Shown here piece by piece: positions 39,688 through 49,663 of a stretch of DNA of 64,000 nucleotides (positions are counted from its first letter, which is position 1; each line of letters starts with the position of its first letter). The notes under the pieces were generated by a model. It searched no databases. It was not told where the DNA came from and was given only the letters and a program-made list of their open reading frames with translations. Position numbers and translations under genes: made by a program. This DNA is from Minisyncoccia bacterium (GTDB lineage Bacteria; Patescibacteriota; Minisyncoccia; Phycocordibacterales; SBAW01): positions 2,607-66,606 of the forward strand of contig JBEKSG010000004.1 in assembly GCA_049997855.1 (NCBI GenBank). Reading direction: 5' to 3'.

Positions 39688-40434
39688 ATGAAAAAAATCT
39701 ATTATCTTTGGCTCCGGCAAATTAAAAAATACCTGCGTTCTACGCCGCGCATGATTGGTTCTCTCGCACAACCTATTATCTTTCTCGTCATGTTTGGATA
39801 TGGCTTCGGCAACGCATTCGGCAGCGGAGGCAACTACCTTGATTATCTTGCGCCCGGCATCGTCGGCATGAGCATCATATTTACTTCCATTTTTGCCGGG
39901 CTCGAAGTTATTTGGGACCGCCAGTTTGGATTTTTAAAGGAAACACTGGTGGCACCCATGTCTCGCACCGATGTCATGATTGGCAGGACCGTGGGCGCTG
40001 CTACCGTTGCTACCATACAGGGTGTCATCGTGATGCTCATGTCACTCTTGTTCGGTTTCCAACCAGTGAGTTGGATGGCGGTATTCCCGGCAGTGGGGAT
40101 CATGTTTTTGATTGCGCTCATATTTTCGTCGATTGGCACTATTATCGGTTCGCTTCTCGACGATATGCAGGCTTTTTCACTCATCATAAACTTCCTCGTC
40201 CAACCGCTTTTCTTCCTTTCGGGTGCGCTGTTTACGTTGCAAGGATTGCCTGCATGGCTTGCATTTATCTCCCGCATTGATCCGCTTACGTACGGCATCG
40301 ACGCTCTGCGCGTTCTCCTGGCTGATATCGGCCATCACGACTTAGGATTGGGAACTGACACGTTTGTTCTATTGGGAATGGCGGTGTTGTTTGTATGGAT
40401 GGGTGGTTATTTCTTCGAAAAAATCCAAATTTGA
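39688..40434 (+). CDS. ABC-2 family transporter permease
   Basis: Six TM helices; adjacent to ABC ATPase. Confidence 0.8.
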   Translation: MKKIYYLWLRQIKKYLRSTPRMIGSLAQPIIFLVMFGYGFGNAFGSGGNYLDYLAPGIVGMSIIFTSIFAGLEVIWDRQFGFLKETLVAPMSRTDVMIGRTVGAATVATIQGVIVMLMSLLFGFQPVSWMAVFPAVGIMFLIALIFSSIGTIIGSLLDDMQAFSLIINFLVQPLFFLSGALFTLQGLPAWLAFISRIDPLTYGIDALRVLLADIGHHDLGLGTDTFVLLGMAVLFVWMGGYFFEKIQI

Positions 40435-40456
40435 CTAAAAATATGCTATATAATGC

Positions 40457-42016
40457 ATGGGGGTGTGTGATGTCATGAAAAAACTTTTTATTTCTCATAT
40501 AACATATATCGTCGCGGCCGCTGTTTTTCTTACTATTGCAGTTGCGGCATGGTACATTATTTCAAATGCAGCGCCCACGCTCGGCTCTTATACCGTTTCA
40601 AATGGAACTATCACGGAGGCACTTGATGAGCCGGGGACGGTAGTTTCGGAATCTCAGGCGGATCTTGCTTTTCAAGAATCCGGCCGGATAGTGCATGTGT
40701 ATGCAACAGAAGGGGAGGTGGTACAGACTGGAGCGGTATTGGCAGAGTTAGACACTGCATCCTTAAACACAACTGTCGATCAGGCAAACGCGGCTCTCGC
40801 GTCGGCGGAGGCGAAACTTACCGCTCTGCAAATAGGCGCCACGTCGCAGTCAATTGCAGTGTCGGAGGCTGCAGTTGCAACCGCAGAGCAGTCTCTGCAA
40901 AACTCGTATGCCACTGTCCAAAACACGCTTGCTGATGCGTATGCTAAAGGAAATGATGCTGTTACAAGCCAGCTGGCGCTGTTCTTCTCGAACGCGGAGA
41001 CCAATAGTCCACAATTGACGTTTACACTCACCGATTCGCAAGTGGCGGGCGACATTGTTTCGCAACGCATTCAAGCGGGCAATGAACTCGCGGCCTGGCA
41101 GGCGGAGAACGCAAGCATTGCAGGGTCATCGGATACGTCGCAACTGGATCAGGCGCTTTCACAGGCCGACGGCCATCTTGCGGCAATGCAGACGCTCCTT
41201 AATACAGCAGTAACCGCAGTTGCCGGAAACATTAATCTATCGTCGACGGAAGCTTCTACCTATCGTAGCGCCGCGTCGACCGGACTTTCTGAAACCAATG
41301 CGGCGATTACCGAAGTGCGTGCGCTCGAACAGATAATCGCTTCGGAAAAAACTGCCGTGGCGCAAGCGCAGGCAGGACTCAATCTTACGACGGCAAGTTC
41401 GACGCCGCAGGATATTGAGCAACAGCAGGCGGCCGTAGCACAAGCACAAGCTAATGTAGCTGCGGCACAGGTCGCCTTGAATAATGCCTCGCTCACGGCG
41501 CTGTTCCCCGGCACTGTGCAAAATCTTACCGCGCAGGTCGGGCAGGTAGTTTCGCCAGGCACTCCCGTGCTTTCGCTTATCAATAGCAATGGCCTCAAAA
41601 TCCAAACGTACGTTTCCGAAGCCGATGTCGCAAAAATTAAAGTCGGCGACACGGCAGATATCACCTTGGACGCGTTCGGCATTGGCACGGTGTTTCCGGC
41701 GACCGTAACGACGATCGATAGCGCAGAAACGCAGGTAAACGGCACGCCGTCGTACCTTATCACGCTTCATTTTACGAACGTTGAGCCGCAAGTAAAAGAC
41801 GGTATGACCGGTAATGTCCATCTTATGCTCGCCCAAGATACCGGCGTGTCCGTGCCGAGCTGGCTCGTTCTTAATGATGGCAATCGTTATATTGTGCTGA
41901 TAAAAACTGCGGCTGGAATCGAGAAACAACCAGTCGACATCGGTCTGGTTGGCGATAATGGTATGACGGAAATTACGTCGGGAATTGCTGCGGGCGACAC
42001 TCTTGTAAATTACTAA
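40457..42016 (+). CDS. HlyD-family membrane fusion protein / periplasmic adaptor
   Basis: N-terminal TM, long Ala/Gln-rich coiled coil, C-terminal beta-barrel/lipoyl-like segments. Confidence 0.55.
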   Translation: MGVCDVMKKLFISHITYIVAAAVFLTIAVAAWYIISNAAPTLGSYTVSNGTITEALDEPGTVVSESQADLAFQESGRIVHVYATEGEVVQTGAVLAELDTASLNTTVDQANAALASAEAKLTALQIGATSQSIAVSEAAVATAEQSLQNSYATVQNTLADAYAKGNDAVTSQLALFFSNAETNSPQLTFTLTDSQVAGDIVSQRIQAGNELAAWQAENASIAGSSDTSQLDQALSQADGHLAAMQTLLNTAVTAVAGNINLSSTEASTYRSAASTGLSETNAAITEVRALEQIIASEKTAVAQAQAGLNLTTASSTPQDIEQQQAAVAQAQANVAAAQVALNNASLTALFPGTVQNLTAQVGQVVSPGTPVLSLINSNGLKIQTYVSEADVAKIKVGDTADITLDAFGIGTVFPATVTTIDSAETQVNGTPSYLITLHFTNVEPQVKDGMTGNVHLMLAQDTGVSVPSWLVLNDGNRYIVLIKTAAGIEKQPVDIGLVGDNGMTEITSGIAAGDTLVNY

Positions 42017-42028
42017 TTTAGTTTTTAT

Positions 42029-42688
42029 ATGGCCGAAGAAGAATTAAAAACTGGACAAGAAGAAATGACGATTGACCCCCAAAGGCTCAGGTACATTGGC
42101 GTCGGCACTTTTCTCGTGTGCACTGCAATTGCCGGCGGTGCGTATTGGTATGTATCGTCAAAAACGGTCTATATTGATTTGTCTGTCGTCCAGGCGCCGA
42201 TCATTGAGTTATCTCCGACCGCTTCCGGTCCATTGCAAGCGGTGTTTGTACATGTGGGCGATACGGTGACAGCCAACCAGCCCATTGCGCGCGTCGGAGA
42301 TGATGTGGTTGAATCAAAAACGAGTGGCGAGATAATTTCAATCGATCAAAATATTGGCGAGTACGAAAATGCTCTGACCGGACAATCGATTGTGGCGACG
42401 ATGATAGACCCCACGGAGCTTCGGGTGGTCGGTCATTTGGATGAGGACAAAGGGCTCGCATACGTACAAGTAGGCGATGTGGCGGAATTTACCGTGGATG
42501 CATTCGGTTCCAAGCAGTATTACGGGGTAGTCGATGAAATAGGCCAAACGGCAGAAGGAGATACGACGTCCAATATTTTTAATCAACGCCCGACTTATCA
42601 ATTTAATGTATATGTCCGTTTCGATCCGACGCGGTATCCCGAGCTCAAAAACGGCATGTCGGCGCGCATTTGGGTCTACGTGAAATAA
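42029..42688 (+). CDS. Short membrane-fusion/biotin-lipoyl-like protein
   Basis: N-terminal TM plus lipoyl-like hairpin (VHVGDTVTANQPIARV). Confidence 0.45.
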   Translation: MAEEELKTGQEEMTIDPQRLRYIGVGTFLVCTAIAGGAYWYVSSKTVYIDLSVVQAPIIELSPTASGPLQAVFVHVGDTVTANQPIARVGDDVVESKTSGEIISIDQNIGEYENALTGQSIVATMIDPTELRVVGHLDEDKGLAYVQVGDVAEFTVDAFGSKQYYGVVDEIGQTAEGDTTSNIFNQRPTYQFNVYVRFDPTRYPELKNGMSARIWVYVK

Positions 42689-42800
42689 ACCTAGCCAAAG
42701 GACTTTTTCATTGCCCTAAATTATGTTAGAGGAAACCAATATTATTCCTCTCAAAACCGGTAGGGTACACAAGCGAAGCAGTTTGTTTGCCGCTCTCGTC

Positions 42801-42832
42801 GCAAAATTAAAACCCCTTTCGGGGTTAATTTT
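42801..42832 (-). terminator. Terminator hairpin (AACCCC-gaaa-GGGGTT + T-run on minus strand) after tRNA-Asp
   Basis: Read from sequence. Confidence 0.55.
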
Positions 42833-42833
42833 G

Positions 42834-42907
42834 CGCGAGAGACGGGACTTGAACCCGCAACCTCTGCCGTGACAGGGCAGCGCTCTAACCAGTTGAGCTA
42901 CTCCCGC
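42834..42907 (-). tRNA. tRNA-Asp (anticodon GTC)
   Basis: Acceptor GCGGGAG/CTCTCGC, anticodon loop CTGTCAC, T-loop TTCAAGT. Confidence 0.8.
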
Positions 42908-43058
42908 GTGTGATGCCTCATCGTGCCGTCGGGTATGATGCGGGACCAGTGCGATTGTAGCGTAAAAACGCCTTTTTTCCAACCGGCAGTTCATAAAGAA
43001 TGGTTGAAAAAAACTTGCAAATACGTTACTCTGCGGGAGTTATTGTAGCGCATCAAAC

Positions 43059-43131
43059 GCCGAAGTAGCTCAGATGGTAGAGCAACTCCATGGTAAGGAG
43101 TAGGTCGCCGGTCCGATCCCGGCCTTCGGCT
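43059..43131 (+). tRNA. tRNA-Thr (anticodon GGT)
   Basis: Acceptor GCCGAAG/CTTCGGC, anticodon loop ATGGTAA, T-arm GCCGG/CCGGC. Confidence 0.75.
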
Positions 43132-43150
43132 CCCGATTTTATCGGAAGCA

Positions 43151-43223
43151 GCCAGCGTAGCTCAGTTGGTAGAGCACTTCATTCGTAACGAAGAGGTCGT
43201 CGGTTCAATCCCGACCGCTGGCT
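43151..43223 (+). tRNA. tRNA-Thr (anticodon CGT)
   Basis: Acceptor GCCAGCG/CGCTGGC, anticodon loop TTCGTAA, T-loop TTCAATC. Confidence 0.8.
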
Positions 43224-43246
43224 CAAGCAGTTAATAAAGAAAAAGA

Positions 43247-43290
43247 CCGCGGAACCCCTTGGGGGTTCCGCGGCTTTGTTTTGCTTTTTT
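43247..43290. terminator. Bidirectional rho-independent terminator (12-bp GC stem CCGCGGAACCCC/GGGGTTCCGCGG, T-runs both sides)
   Basis: Between convergent tRNA-Thr genes and NUDIX gene. Confidence 0.7.
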
Positions 43291-43918
43291 AGGCGCTGGC
43301 TTTTAAATGTCGAGTGCCAGGCAGTATAAGCCCAGTTTCCACAAGCCAATCAAAGTGCTTTTGGAGAAACTTACCCTCCCGGACGCACTGGTAGAACTCC
43401 TCAACCTTGAAAAATTTTGGCTCCTCGCCTTCGTTTTCTGGATGACGAGTATTCATCCAAGCAATATCATCCAAAGACAAAATGGCGTGGAAAAGGCATC
43501 TCCAGTGGTCTCCACGCCAACCGAGTTGTTTGCCGACGTACGTTAATGCGCTCGCAGAAAGAGTAATGCCGGTTTCACCCGCAAATTCTCGCACGGCGGT
43601 GTCGATGGGTGTAATATCGACAATTTCGTCTTCACGTTTTCTATGTCCTCCAGAAAGCTTCCACTTGGGGTCGCGTTTTTTGGGTTCGATGATAAAGACG
43701 AAACCGACAGATATGTGCCCAGTGGTGTCTTTCTCACCTTCGGCAAGGATTTTTGGCGCGGGGAGCACTCGCGCAAACACGAGTGATGCCCAATCCTTAA
43801 TCTCCCCAAGACCATATTCTTCCAATCGCATCGCGCACCTCCGCGTATATGAGTTGTATTTTGAACATCCTAGGGATTCTTCCGGAAACAACTTTACATA
43901 ATTTGTGGTAAAAGTCAA
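43289..43918 (-). CDS. NUDIX hydrolase
   Basis: Nudix box [28 protein letters not shown] (Gx5Ex7REuxEExGu). Confidence 0.7.
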   Translation of the reverse strand: MTFTTNYVKLFPEESLGCSKYNSYTRRCAMRLEEYGLGEIKDWASLVFARVLPAPKILAEGEKDTTGHISVGFVFIIEPKKRDPKWKLSGGHRKREDEIVDITPIDTAVREFAGETGITLSASALTYVGKQLGWRGDHWRCLFHAILSLDDIAWMNTRHPENEGEEPKFFKVEEFYQCVREGKFLQKHFDWLVETGLILPGTRHLKASA

Positions 43919-44845
43919 GTGCTTGTATACTCCTTATATATGAGCGCGCGCAACGAGACAGGCAAGGGAGATAAAGCCGAACGGATTAAAGAAATCGAGA
44001 AGGCTATGCTCCTGCCCGATTTTTGGAATAATTCTGCCGAGGCACAGGCGCTTATCAAAGAACTCCAGGATTTAAAGATGGAGGTCGAAGGTGGCAGTAC
44101 CTACGACCGTGGCAGTGCGATTATCACCTTCGTGGCGGGCGCGGGCGGCGACGATGCCGAGGATTTTGCGCGCATGCTATATGACATGTATCGCGCCTAT
44201 GTAGAGAAACGCGCCCGCTTGCCGGACGGGCAGGGCTGGAACGTACGTGTGTTGCATGCCAACGAAAACGACCACGGCGGCTACCGCAATCTCTCGGTTG
44301 AAATAGAAGGTAAAAATGTTTATGGGACCTTGAAAGGTGAATACGGTGTGCATCGGCTCGTGCGCATCTCGCCGTTTAACGCCAACCAAAAGCGCCAAAC
44401 CTCTTTTGTACTGGTCGAGGTACTGCCGGTATTGGAAAAAGTTGCCGACATCGCACTCGACGAAAAAGATTTGGAGATTACTATGGCGCGCTCCGGCGGC
44501 CCCGGCGGGCAAAATGTTAACAAGCGCGAGACCGCCGTGCGCATTGTACATAAACCCACCGGCATAAGCGCGCATGTCGAAGGCGAGCGCACGCAAAGCG
44601 CCAATAAAGAAAAAGCGTTGACAATTATCAAAGCAAAACTCCTGCACCAGCTTGAAGCCGAGCGTAAAGAAAAGGTGGCTGACCTCTCCACCAATTCCTC
44701 CAAAATTGAGTGGGGGAGCCAGATCCGCTCCTATGTATTGCATCCGTACCAGTTGGTTAAAGATCATCGCACGGGCGTGGAGGTGCGCGACGCAGCAGGT
44801 GTACTTGCAGGCAACCTTGAGCCGTTTTTGGAAAAAGAAAAATAA
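43919..44845 (+). CDS. prfB: Peptide chain release factor 2
   Basis: GGQ motif ([11 protein letters not shown]), SPF tripeptide specifying UGA/UAA recognition; continuous ORF, no frameshift site seen. Confidence 0.8.
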   Translation: MLVYSLYMSARNETGKGDKAERIKEIEKAMLLPDFWNNSAEAQALIKELQDLKMEVEGGSTYDRGSAIITFVAGAGGDDAEDFARMLYDMYRAYVEKRARLPDGQGWNVRVLHANENDHGGYRNLSVEIEGKNVYGTLKGEYGVHRLVRISPFNANQKRQTSFVLVEVLPVLEKVADIALDEKDLEITMARSGGPGGQNVNKRETAVRIVHKPTGISAHVEGERTQSANKEKALTIIKAKLLHQLEAERKEKVADLSTNSSKIEWGSQIRSYVLHPYQLVKDHRTGVEVRDAAGVLAGNLEPFLEKEK

Positions 44846-44910
44846 AAGAAGTTGGAAAAGGAAAATAAATAAGGTATAGTGCCTACAGAAGATGTATAGG
44901 GGAGCTCAAT

Positions 44911-45387
44911 ATGAAAGCTCAGAAGCGCGTGTGCGGCTCTTGCACGGCTTGTTGCAAGACGCATGAAATAATTGAGATAGGCAAACAAGCGGGTGTATGG
45001 TGCCATCACTGCAACCCAGGAGTAGGTTGCTCCATTTATCCAGAGCGTTCATTTAGTTGCAGGGTATTTAAATGCGAATGGCTCAAAGGACGGGGGAGTG
45101 ATGCACAGCGGCCCGACCGTACAAACATAATCTTTGATTATGTAAAAACTAGAAATTGGCTTTCCGATGGGATATTACAAATTGTGGAGGTTGAGGACGG
45201 CGCTTTATCGCTCATGCAGCTTGATGAGTTAATACTCGAGGCTTTAGCAAAAAATTTTTTCTTGCTTAAAGCTTATATCTCGGGGCGCAAAGTGCTTTTT
45301 GTACCTCCGCTCAAGCATCTGACCAAAGAGTGGCGTCTCTTTGCCGCTGAAAATGGGTTTGAAGTGCAAGTCCTCACTGGGCCCTGA
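44911..45387 (+). CDS. Cys-rich YkgJ/UPF0153-like putative metal-binding protein
   Basis: CGSCTACC and CHHCNPGVGC motifs. Confidence 0.35.
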   Translation: MKAQKRVCGSCTACCKTHEIIEIGKQAGVWCHHCNPGVGCSIYPERSFSCRVFKCEWLKGRGSDAQRPDRTNIIFDYVKTRNWLSDGILQIVEVEDGALSLMQLDELILEALAKNFFLLKAYISGRKVLFVPPLKHLTKEWRLFAAENGFEVQVLTGP

Positions 45388-45466
45388 TTTCTTTGCGAAA
45401 CAAGGGTCTATTTTATATAGCAAGCGATTTTGCACATCGAGCATATAGGAGTAGAATAAAAAAGTT

Positions 45467-46147
45467 GTGATCTACTACGATCGCGTATCAAAGATATACG
45501 CCGACAATTCTGTCGCGCTCGATGAAGTGAGCTTTTCGGTCGAGCCCGGCGAGTTTATCTCATTTGTCGGGCACTCAGGCGCCGGCAAAACCACGCTCAT
45601 CAAAATGCTCCTTGCCGAAGAAAAACCAACCTCCGGCTCGGTTTTTTTTGAGTCTATCAACGTGCACGAAGTGCCGCTCAACCGCATCAACAGCTTGCGT
45701 CGCAAAATCGGCACGGTGTTCCAGGATTTTAAACTGCTTCCCGCCAAGACCGCCTACGAAAATATTGCGTTTGCCATGGAAGCCGCCGGCAGGGATGAAG
45801 AGGAAATACGCTCCGACGTGCCACACGTGCTCGGGCTGGTTGACCTGGGCGATAAAATGAACAACTTTCCGAGCGAGCTCTCGGGCGGCGAGCAACAGCG
45901 CGTTGCAATCGCGCGTGCCATTGTTAACCAGCCCGACGTTATTGTTGCCGACGAGCCGACCGGCAACCTCGACCCGGTCAACACGTTTGAGATTGTGCAA
46001 ATTTTAAAAAAGATAAATGATTTGGGTACTACGGTCATCCTCACCACGCACAACAAAGGCGTCATCGACTCTCTTCGGAAGCGCGTCATCACGATGGATA
46101 GAGGTAAAGTCATTAGGGACGACAGGGAAGGAAAGTATATCTTATAA
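45467..46147 (+). CDS. ftsE: Cell division ABC ATPase FtsE
   Basis: Walker [10 protein letters not shown], signature SGGEQQRV; followed by ftsX. Confidence 0.85.
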   Translation: MIYYDRVSKIYADNSVALDEVSFSVEPGEFISFVGHSGAGKTTLIKMLLAEEKPTSGSVFFESINVHEVPLNRINSLRRKIGTVFQDFKLLPAKTAYENIAFAMEAAGRDEEEIRSDVPHVLGLVDLGDKMNNFPSELSGGEQQRVAIARAIVNQPDVIVADEPTGNLDPVNTFEIVQILKKINDLGTTVILTTHNKGVIDSLRKRVITMDRGKVIRDDREGKYIL

Positions 46148-46230
46148 ATTAGGGGGCTTTGCGACCATAATTTATTAGCTCCCGAGGCACCCAAGGGATA
46201 ACATCAAATAAATAAGTTACAATAAACATT

Positions 46231-47163
46231 ATGAACTGGGTTACGACAAAACGAATATTCCGCGCAGGGTTCTTAAGCTTTTGGCGCAACGGCTTTGTGT
46301 CGTTTGCGTCGGTCCTCATGATGACCTTTACGCTCTTTACCATCCTGCTCGCCATTTTTACCGGCGTGATTTTAGACACGACGCTTCAGCAATTTAGAGA
46401 TAAGGCCGACATGAACGTCTATTTTGTAACCGACGCGCCCGAGGATCAGATTTTGGCGCTGCAAAAATCGGTCAACGCATTACCCGAGGTCGCTTCTACC
46501 CAATATATCTCGCAAGACGACGCGCTCGCAAACTTTCGTGAACTGCACCAAAACGACCAGCTCACACTGCAGGCACTCGACGAGCTTGGCACCAATCCGC
46601 TTGGCGCGGTTCTCAACATAAAAGCCAAAGACATCAACTCCTACGGCGCCATTGCCGATTTTTTGCAACAGCAAGAAGCGCTCGGCCAAGGCCAGCCGCA
46701 AATTATCGACAAAATAAACTACTTTGACCAACAGCACCAGGATGCCGTCAACCGCCTCGCCCAAATAACCAGCTCGGCAAAGCTCATCGGCCTCGCTATC
46801 ATTATTATTTTTGTGCTCATTACGATTGCAATCACGTTTAACACGCTCCGGCTTACCATCTACGGCTCGCGCGAGGAGATACAGGTAATGCGCCTCGTTG
46901 GCGCCGCGCAGGGCTATATCCGCGCGCCGTTTATTGTGGAGGGCATCCTCTACGGCATCATCGCGGGTATGGCAACGCTCATCATCTTTTATCCGCTCAC
47001 CTGGTGGCTCGGCAATGCCACCGAGGGCTTTTTTGGCGGCATCAATATTTTTGACTACTACATTGCCCACTTCCCGGAGCTCTTTCTTATTATCGTCGGC
47101 TCGGGTGTTGTGCTCGGAGCTGTGGCTAGCTACCTTGCGGTCCGCAGGCATTTGAGGATATAG
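46231..47163 (+). CDS. ftsX: Cell division permease FtsX
   Basis: N-terminal TM, periplasmic domain, three C-terminal TMs; downstream of ftsE. Confidence 0.8.
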   Translation: MNWVTTKRIFRAGFLSFWRNGFVSFASVLMMTFTLFTILLAIFTGVILDTTLQQFRDKADMNVYFVTDAPEDQILALQKSVNALPEVASTQYISQDDALANFRELHQNDQLTLQALDELGTNPLGAVLNIKAKDINSYGAIADFLQQQEALGQGQPQIIDKINYFDQQHQDAVNRLAQITSSAKLIGLAIIIIFVLITIAITFNTLRLTIYGSREEIQVMRLVGAAQGYIRAPFIVEGILYGIIAGMATLIIFYPLTWWLGNATEGFFGGINIFDYYIAHFPELFLIIVGSGVVLGAVASYLAVRRHLRI

Positions 47164-47179
47164 TAGTACCTGATAAAAC

Positions 47180-48901
47180 ATGGCTGTACGACCCAAACGA
47201 TCACCTGCAAAAAAAACATCTCCTAAATACATTTTTGTCGTCGGCGGGGTCATGAGCGGCATCGGCAAGGGCATCGCCTCGTCCTCCATCGGGCGCATTC
47301 TCAAATCGAAAGGTTTTAAGGTAACGGCGATAAAAATCGACCCGTATATCAACGTGGATGCCGGCACGATGAATCCCACCGAGCATGGCGAGGTGTTTGT
47401 GCTCAACGACGGCTACGAGACCGACCAGGACATGGGCAACTACGAACGCTTTTTGGACGACACATTGCCCTCTATCAACTACATGACGACCGGCCGCGTG
47501 TATCAGGAGATTATCCGCCGCGAGCGCAACTTGGAGTTTGGCGGCAAAAACGTCGAGGTGGTGCCGCACGTGCCGCTCGAGGTATTGCGCCGCATCAGCG
47601 AGGCGCAAAAAAACGCCAAAGCCGAGGTAACACTGGTTGAGGTGGGCGGCACCATCGGCGAATATCAAAACATTATTTTTTTGGAAGCGGCTCGCATGCA
47701 GAAGCAAAAATGCCCCGGCGATGTGGCTGTGGTCATGCTCTCGTATGTGCCGATACCGCACAACATCGGTGAGATGAAGACCAAGCCCACGCAGTATGCC
47801 AGCCGCGAGCTCAACTCCACCGGCCTCCAAGCCGATATTATTTTGGCGCGGGCAACTGTGCCTCTCGATGCCAAGCGCAAAGAAAAGATTGCAACCTTTT
47901 GCAACATAAGCCCCGAGCGTGTTATTTCGGCGCCAGATGTTGAGAGTATTTATGATGTCCCGGCCAATTACGAAAAAGACGGCCTCGGCGATATGTTGAC
48001 CGAGGTGCTCGGTCTGCGGAAGCGCAAAACCGATCTCTCGGAGTGGAACACGTTTGCGCGCAAAGTAAAAAACGGCAACAAAGAGCTCTCCATCGCGATT
48101 GTCGGCAAATATTTTAACTCGGGCGATTATGTGCTCTCCGATGTATACATCTCGGTCATTGAGGCGCTCAAGACTGCCGGGTATCACCACAATTCAAAAA
48201 TCAAACTCGACTACATCGACTCTGAAGATTTTGAAAACCTGCCTGCCGGCAGGCAAGTGGCAAAGCGTTCCCTCGAGGAGCTCGGTGCGTTTGACGGCAT
48301 CGTGGTGCCGGGCGGCTTTGGTTCGCGCGGCGTCGAGGGCATCGTAGCGGCTATTACATACGCGCGCGAGCATAAGATACCGTACCTCGGCCTCTGCTAC
48401 GGCATGCAATGGCTCACGATAGAGTATGCACGCAATAAAGCGGGGCTCGCGGGCGCCAACACCTCCGAGGTCGACAAAAAAACGCCGCATCCGGTCATCG
48501 ACATCATCCCCGACCAAAAAGAAAAGATGCTCAACAAAAACTACGGCGGCACGATGCGCTTGGGCAGCTATCCGTGTGTGCTCAAAGAGGGGAGCGTTGC
48601 ATGCGAAGCCTACGTGTCCTTTGGAGCCTTGGCGAAGAAGGATGGCGTTAAAAAGATAAGCGAGCGGCATCGCCATCGCTATGAAGTAAACCCCGAGTAT
48701 ATCAAGCGGCTTGAGGAGGCGGGGCTCGTGTTTTCGGGCCGTTCTCCCGACGGTGTCTTGATGGAGATAGCCGAGTTGCCAAAAGATGTGCACCCGTTTT
48801 TTGTCGGCACGCAGTTTCATCCCGAGTTTCTCTCCAGGCCGCTCTCGCCGCACCCTCTATTTTCGGCGTTCGTTAAAGCCGCTCGCGAAAAGTCAAAATA
48901 A
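47180..48901 (+). CDS. pyrG: CTP synthase PyrG (with in-frame palindrome insertion ENLPAGRQVAK)
   Basis: N-terminal synthetase domain and C-terminal glutamine amidotransferase (GLCYGMQ, catalytic Cys/His). Confidence 0.95.
   Translation: MAVRPKRSPAKKTSPKYIFVVGGVMSGIGKGIASSSIGRILKSKGFKVTAIKIDPYINVDAGTMNPTEHGEVFVLNDGYETDQDMGNYERFLDDTLPSINYMTTGRVYQEIIRRERNLEFGGKNVEVVPHVPLEVLRRISEAQKNAKAEVTLVEVGGTIGEYQNIIFLEAARMQKQKCPGDVAVVMLSYVPIPHNIGEMKTKPTQYASRELNSTGLQADIILARATVPLDAKRKEKIATFCNISPERVISAPDVESIYDVPANYEKDGLGDMLTEVLGLRKRKTDLSEWNTFARKVKNGNKELSIAIVGKYFNSGDYVLSDVYISVIEALKTAGYHHNSKIKLDYIDSEDFENLPAGRQVAKRSLEELGAFDGIVVPGGFGSRGVEGIVAAITYAREHKIPYLGLCYGMQWLTIEYARNKAGLAGANTSEVDKKTPHPVIDIIPDQKEKMLNKNYGGTMRLGSYPCVLKEGSVACEAYVSFGALAKKDGVKKISERHRHRYEVNPEYIKRLEEAGLVFSGRSPDGVLMEIAELPKDVHPFFVGTQFHPEFLSRPLSPHPLFSAFVKAAREKSK
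48238..48257. repeat. Palindromic repeat copy 6, CCGG-centred variant with one mismatch (CCTGCCTGCCGGCAGGCAAG) inside pyrG
   Basis: Read from sequence. Confidence 0.85.
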
Positions 48902-48948
48902 AAAAACATCTCGCTCTTCTGCGGGGTGTTTTTTTATTTTGACTTTTC
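48887..48948 (+). terminator. Long hairpin (22-bp AT-rich arms GAAAAGTCAAAATAAAAAAACA / TGTTTTTTTATTTTGACTTTTC, 18-nt loop) enclosing pyrG stop codon, followed by T-run
   Basis: Perfect 22-bp inverted repeat read from sequence. Confidence 0.5.
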
Positions 48949-49063
48949 TTTTTTAGGCTTCTTTTTGTCTCTTTTGTAAGCGTTGTTTCCCTTACCCATA
49001 AGCAAAATATTAGCTTGCTAATGCACTATATAATACCACGACCAATGGGCGTTTTTTAATCAG

Positions 49064-49134
49064 CTGCCAGACTTGGGGTCGAACCAAGATAAACGGATTC
49101 AGAGTCCGTTGTCCTACCATTAGACGATCTGGCA
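49064..49134 (-). tRNA. tRNA-Gln (anticodon CTG)
   Basis: Acceptor TGCCAGA/TCTGGCA (U1:A72), anticodon loop CTCTGAA, T-loop TTCGACC. Confidence 0.75.
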
Positions 49135-49276
49135 ATGTATCGCTCATGCCTCACAAGAGGGAGCAATGTTCATACAAAATACAACATTATTTGGCATAAT
49201 TCAATGAAACCTCGGCTTGTTTTAGGGCGTATGTATATATAGATATATAGGTATACATAAAAGAACAAATCCAACT

Positions 49277-49651
49277 ATGAAACACAAACTCATTTATATC
49301 ATTGGAGGTTCCCTCGTGGCAGGCTCGCTCATGTTTGGCGGCAGTGCCTTTGCCGCCGACGCCAACCGCGTGACGCCGGCGGTGTTTGGCTCGGTTATTG
49401 CGGTAACCAGCGGGGGCATCACCGTTTCCGGCAAGAGCGGCAAGCGGCGCACGACCACCACCTACACGGTCGACGTGAGCAAAGCAAAAATAACTACAGG
49501 ATTGGGGCAGGGCGCAAGCGTCGTAACTCCCTCAAATGTTGAAGTGGGCGACAAAGTGGCCGTGCTCGGAGTCATCACCGGCGACGCCATGTTTGCTAGT
49601 TCGGTATTTGACCGAAGAGCGGCAGCAACATCAAAACAAAAGCGCATGTGA
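49277..49651 (+). CDS. Secreted protein with signal peptide (hypothetical)
   Basis: Signal peptide ..GGSAFAADA; Thr/Gly-rich beta-type domain. Confidence 0.35.
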   Translation: MKHKLIYIIGGSLVAGSLMFGGSAFAADANRVTPAVFGSVIAVTSGGITVSGKSGKRRTTTTYTVDVSKAKITTGLGQGASVVTPSNVEVGDKVAVLGVITGDAMFASSVFDRRAAATSKQKRM

Positions 49652-49663
49652 TAGTATAAAAAT

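Noticed and set aside
43919-44845. Alternative genetic code (UGA recoding) as in some CPR lineages
   Set aside because: An RF2 gene with SPF and GGQ motifs is present. TGA is used as the stop of several well-supported genes (e.g. pilD 9932-9934) and is not found in frame inside conserved genes. The standard code is consistent.
43919-44845. Programmed +1 frameshift site in prfB
   Set aside because: RF2 reads as one continuous ORF from its first Met, and no CTT TGA C-type shifty stop was seen near the 5' end.
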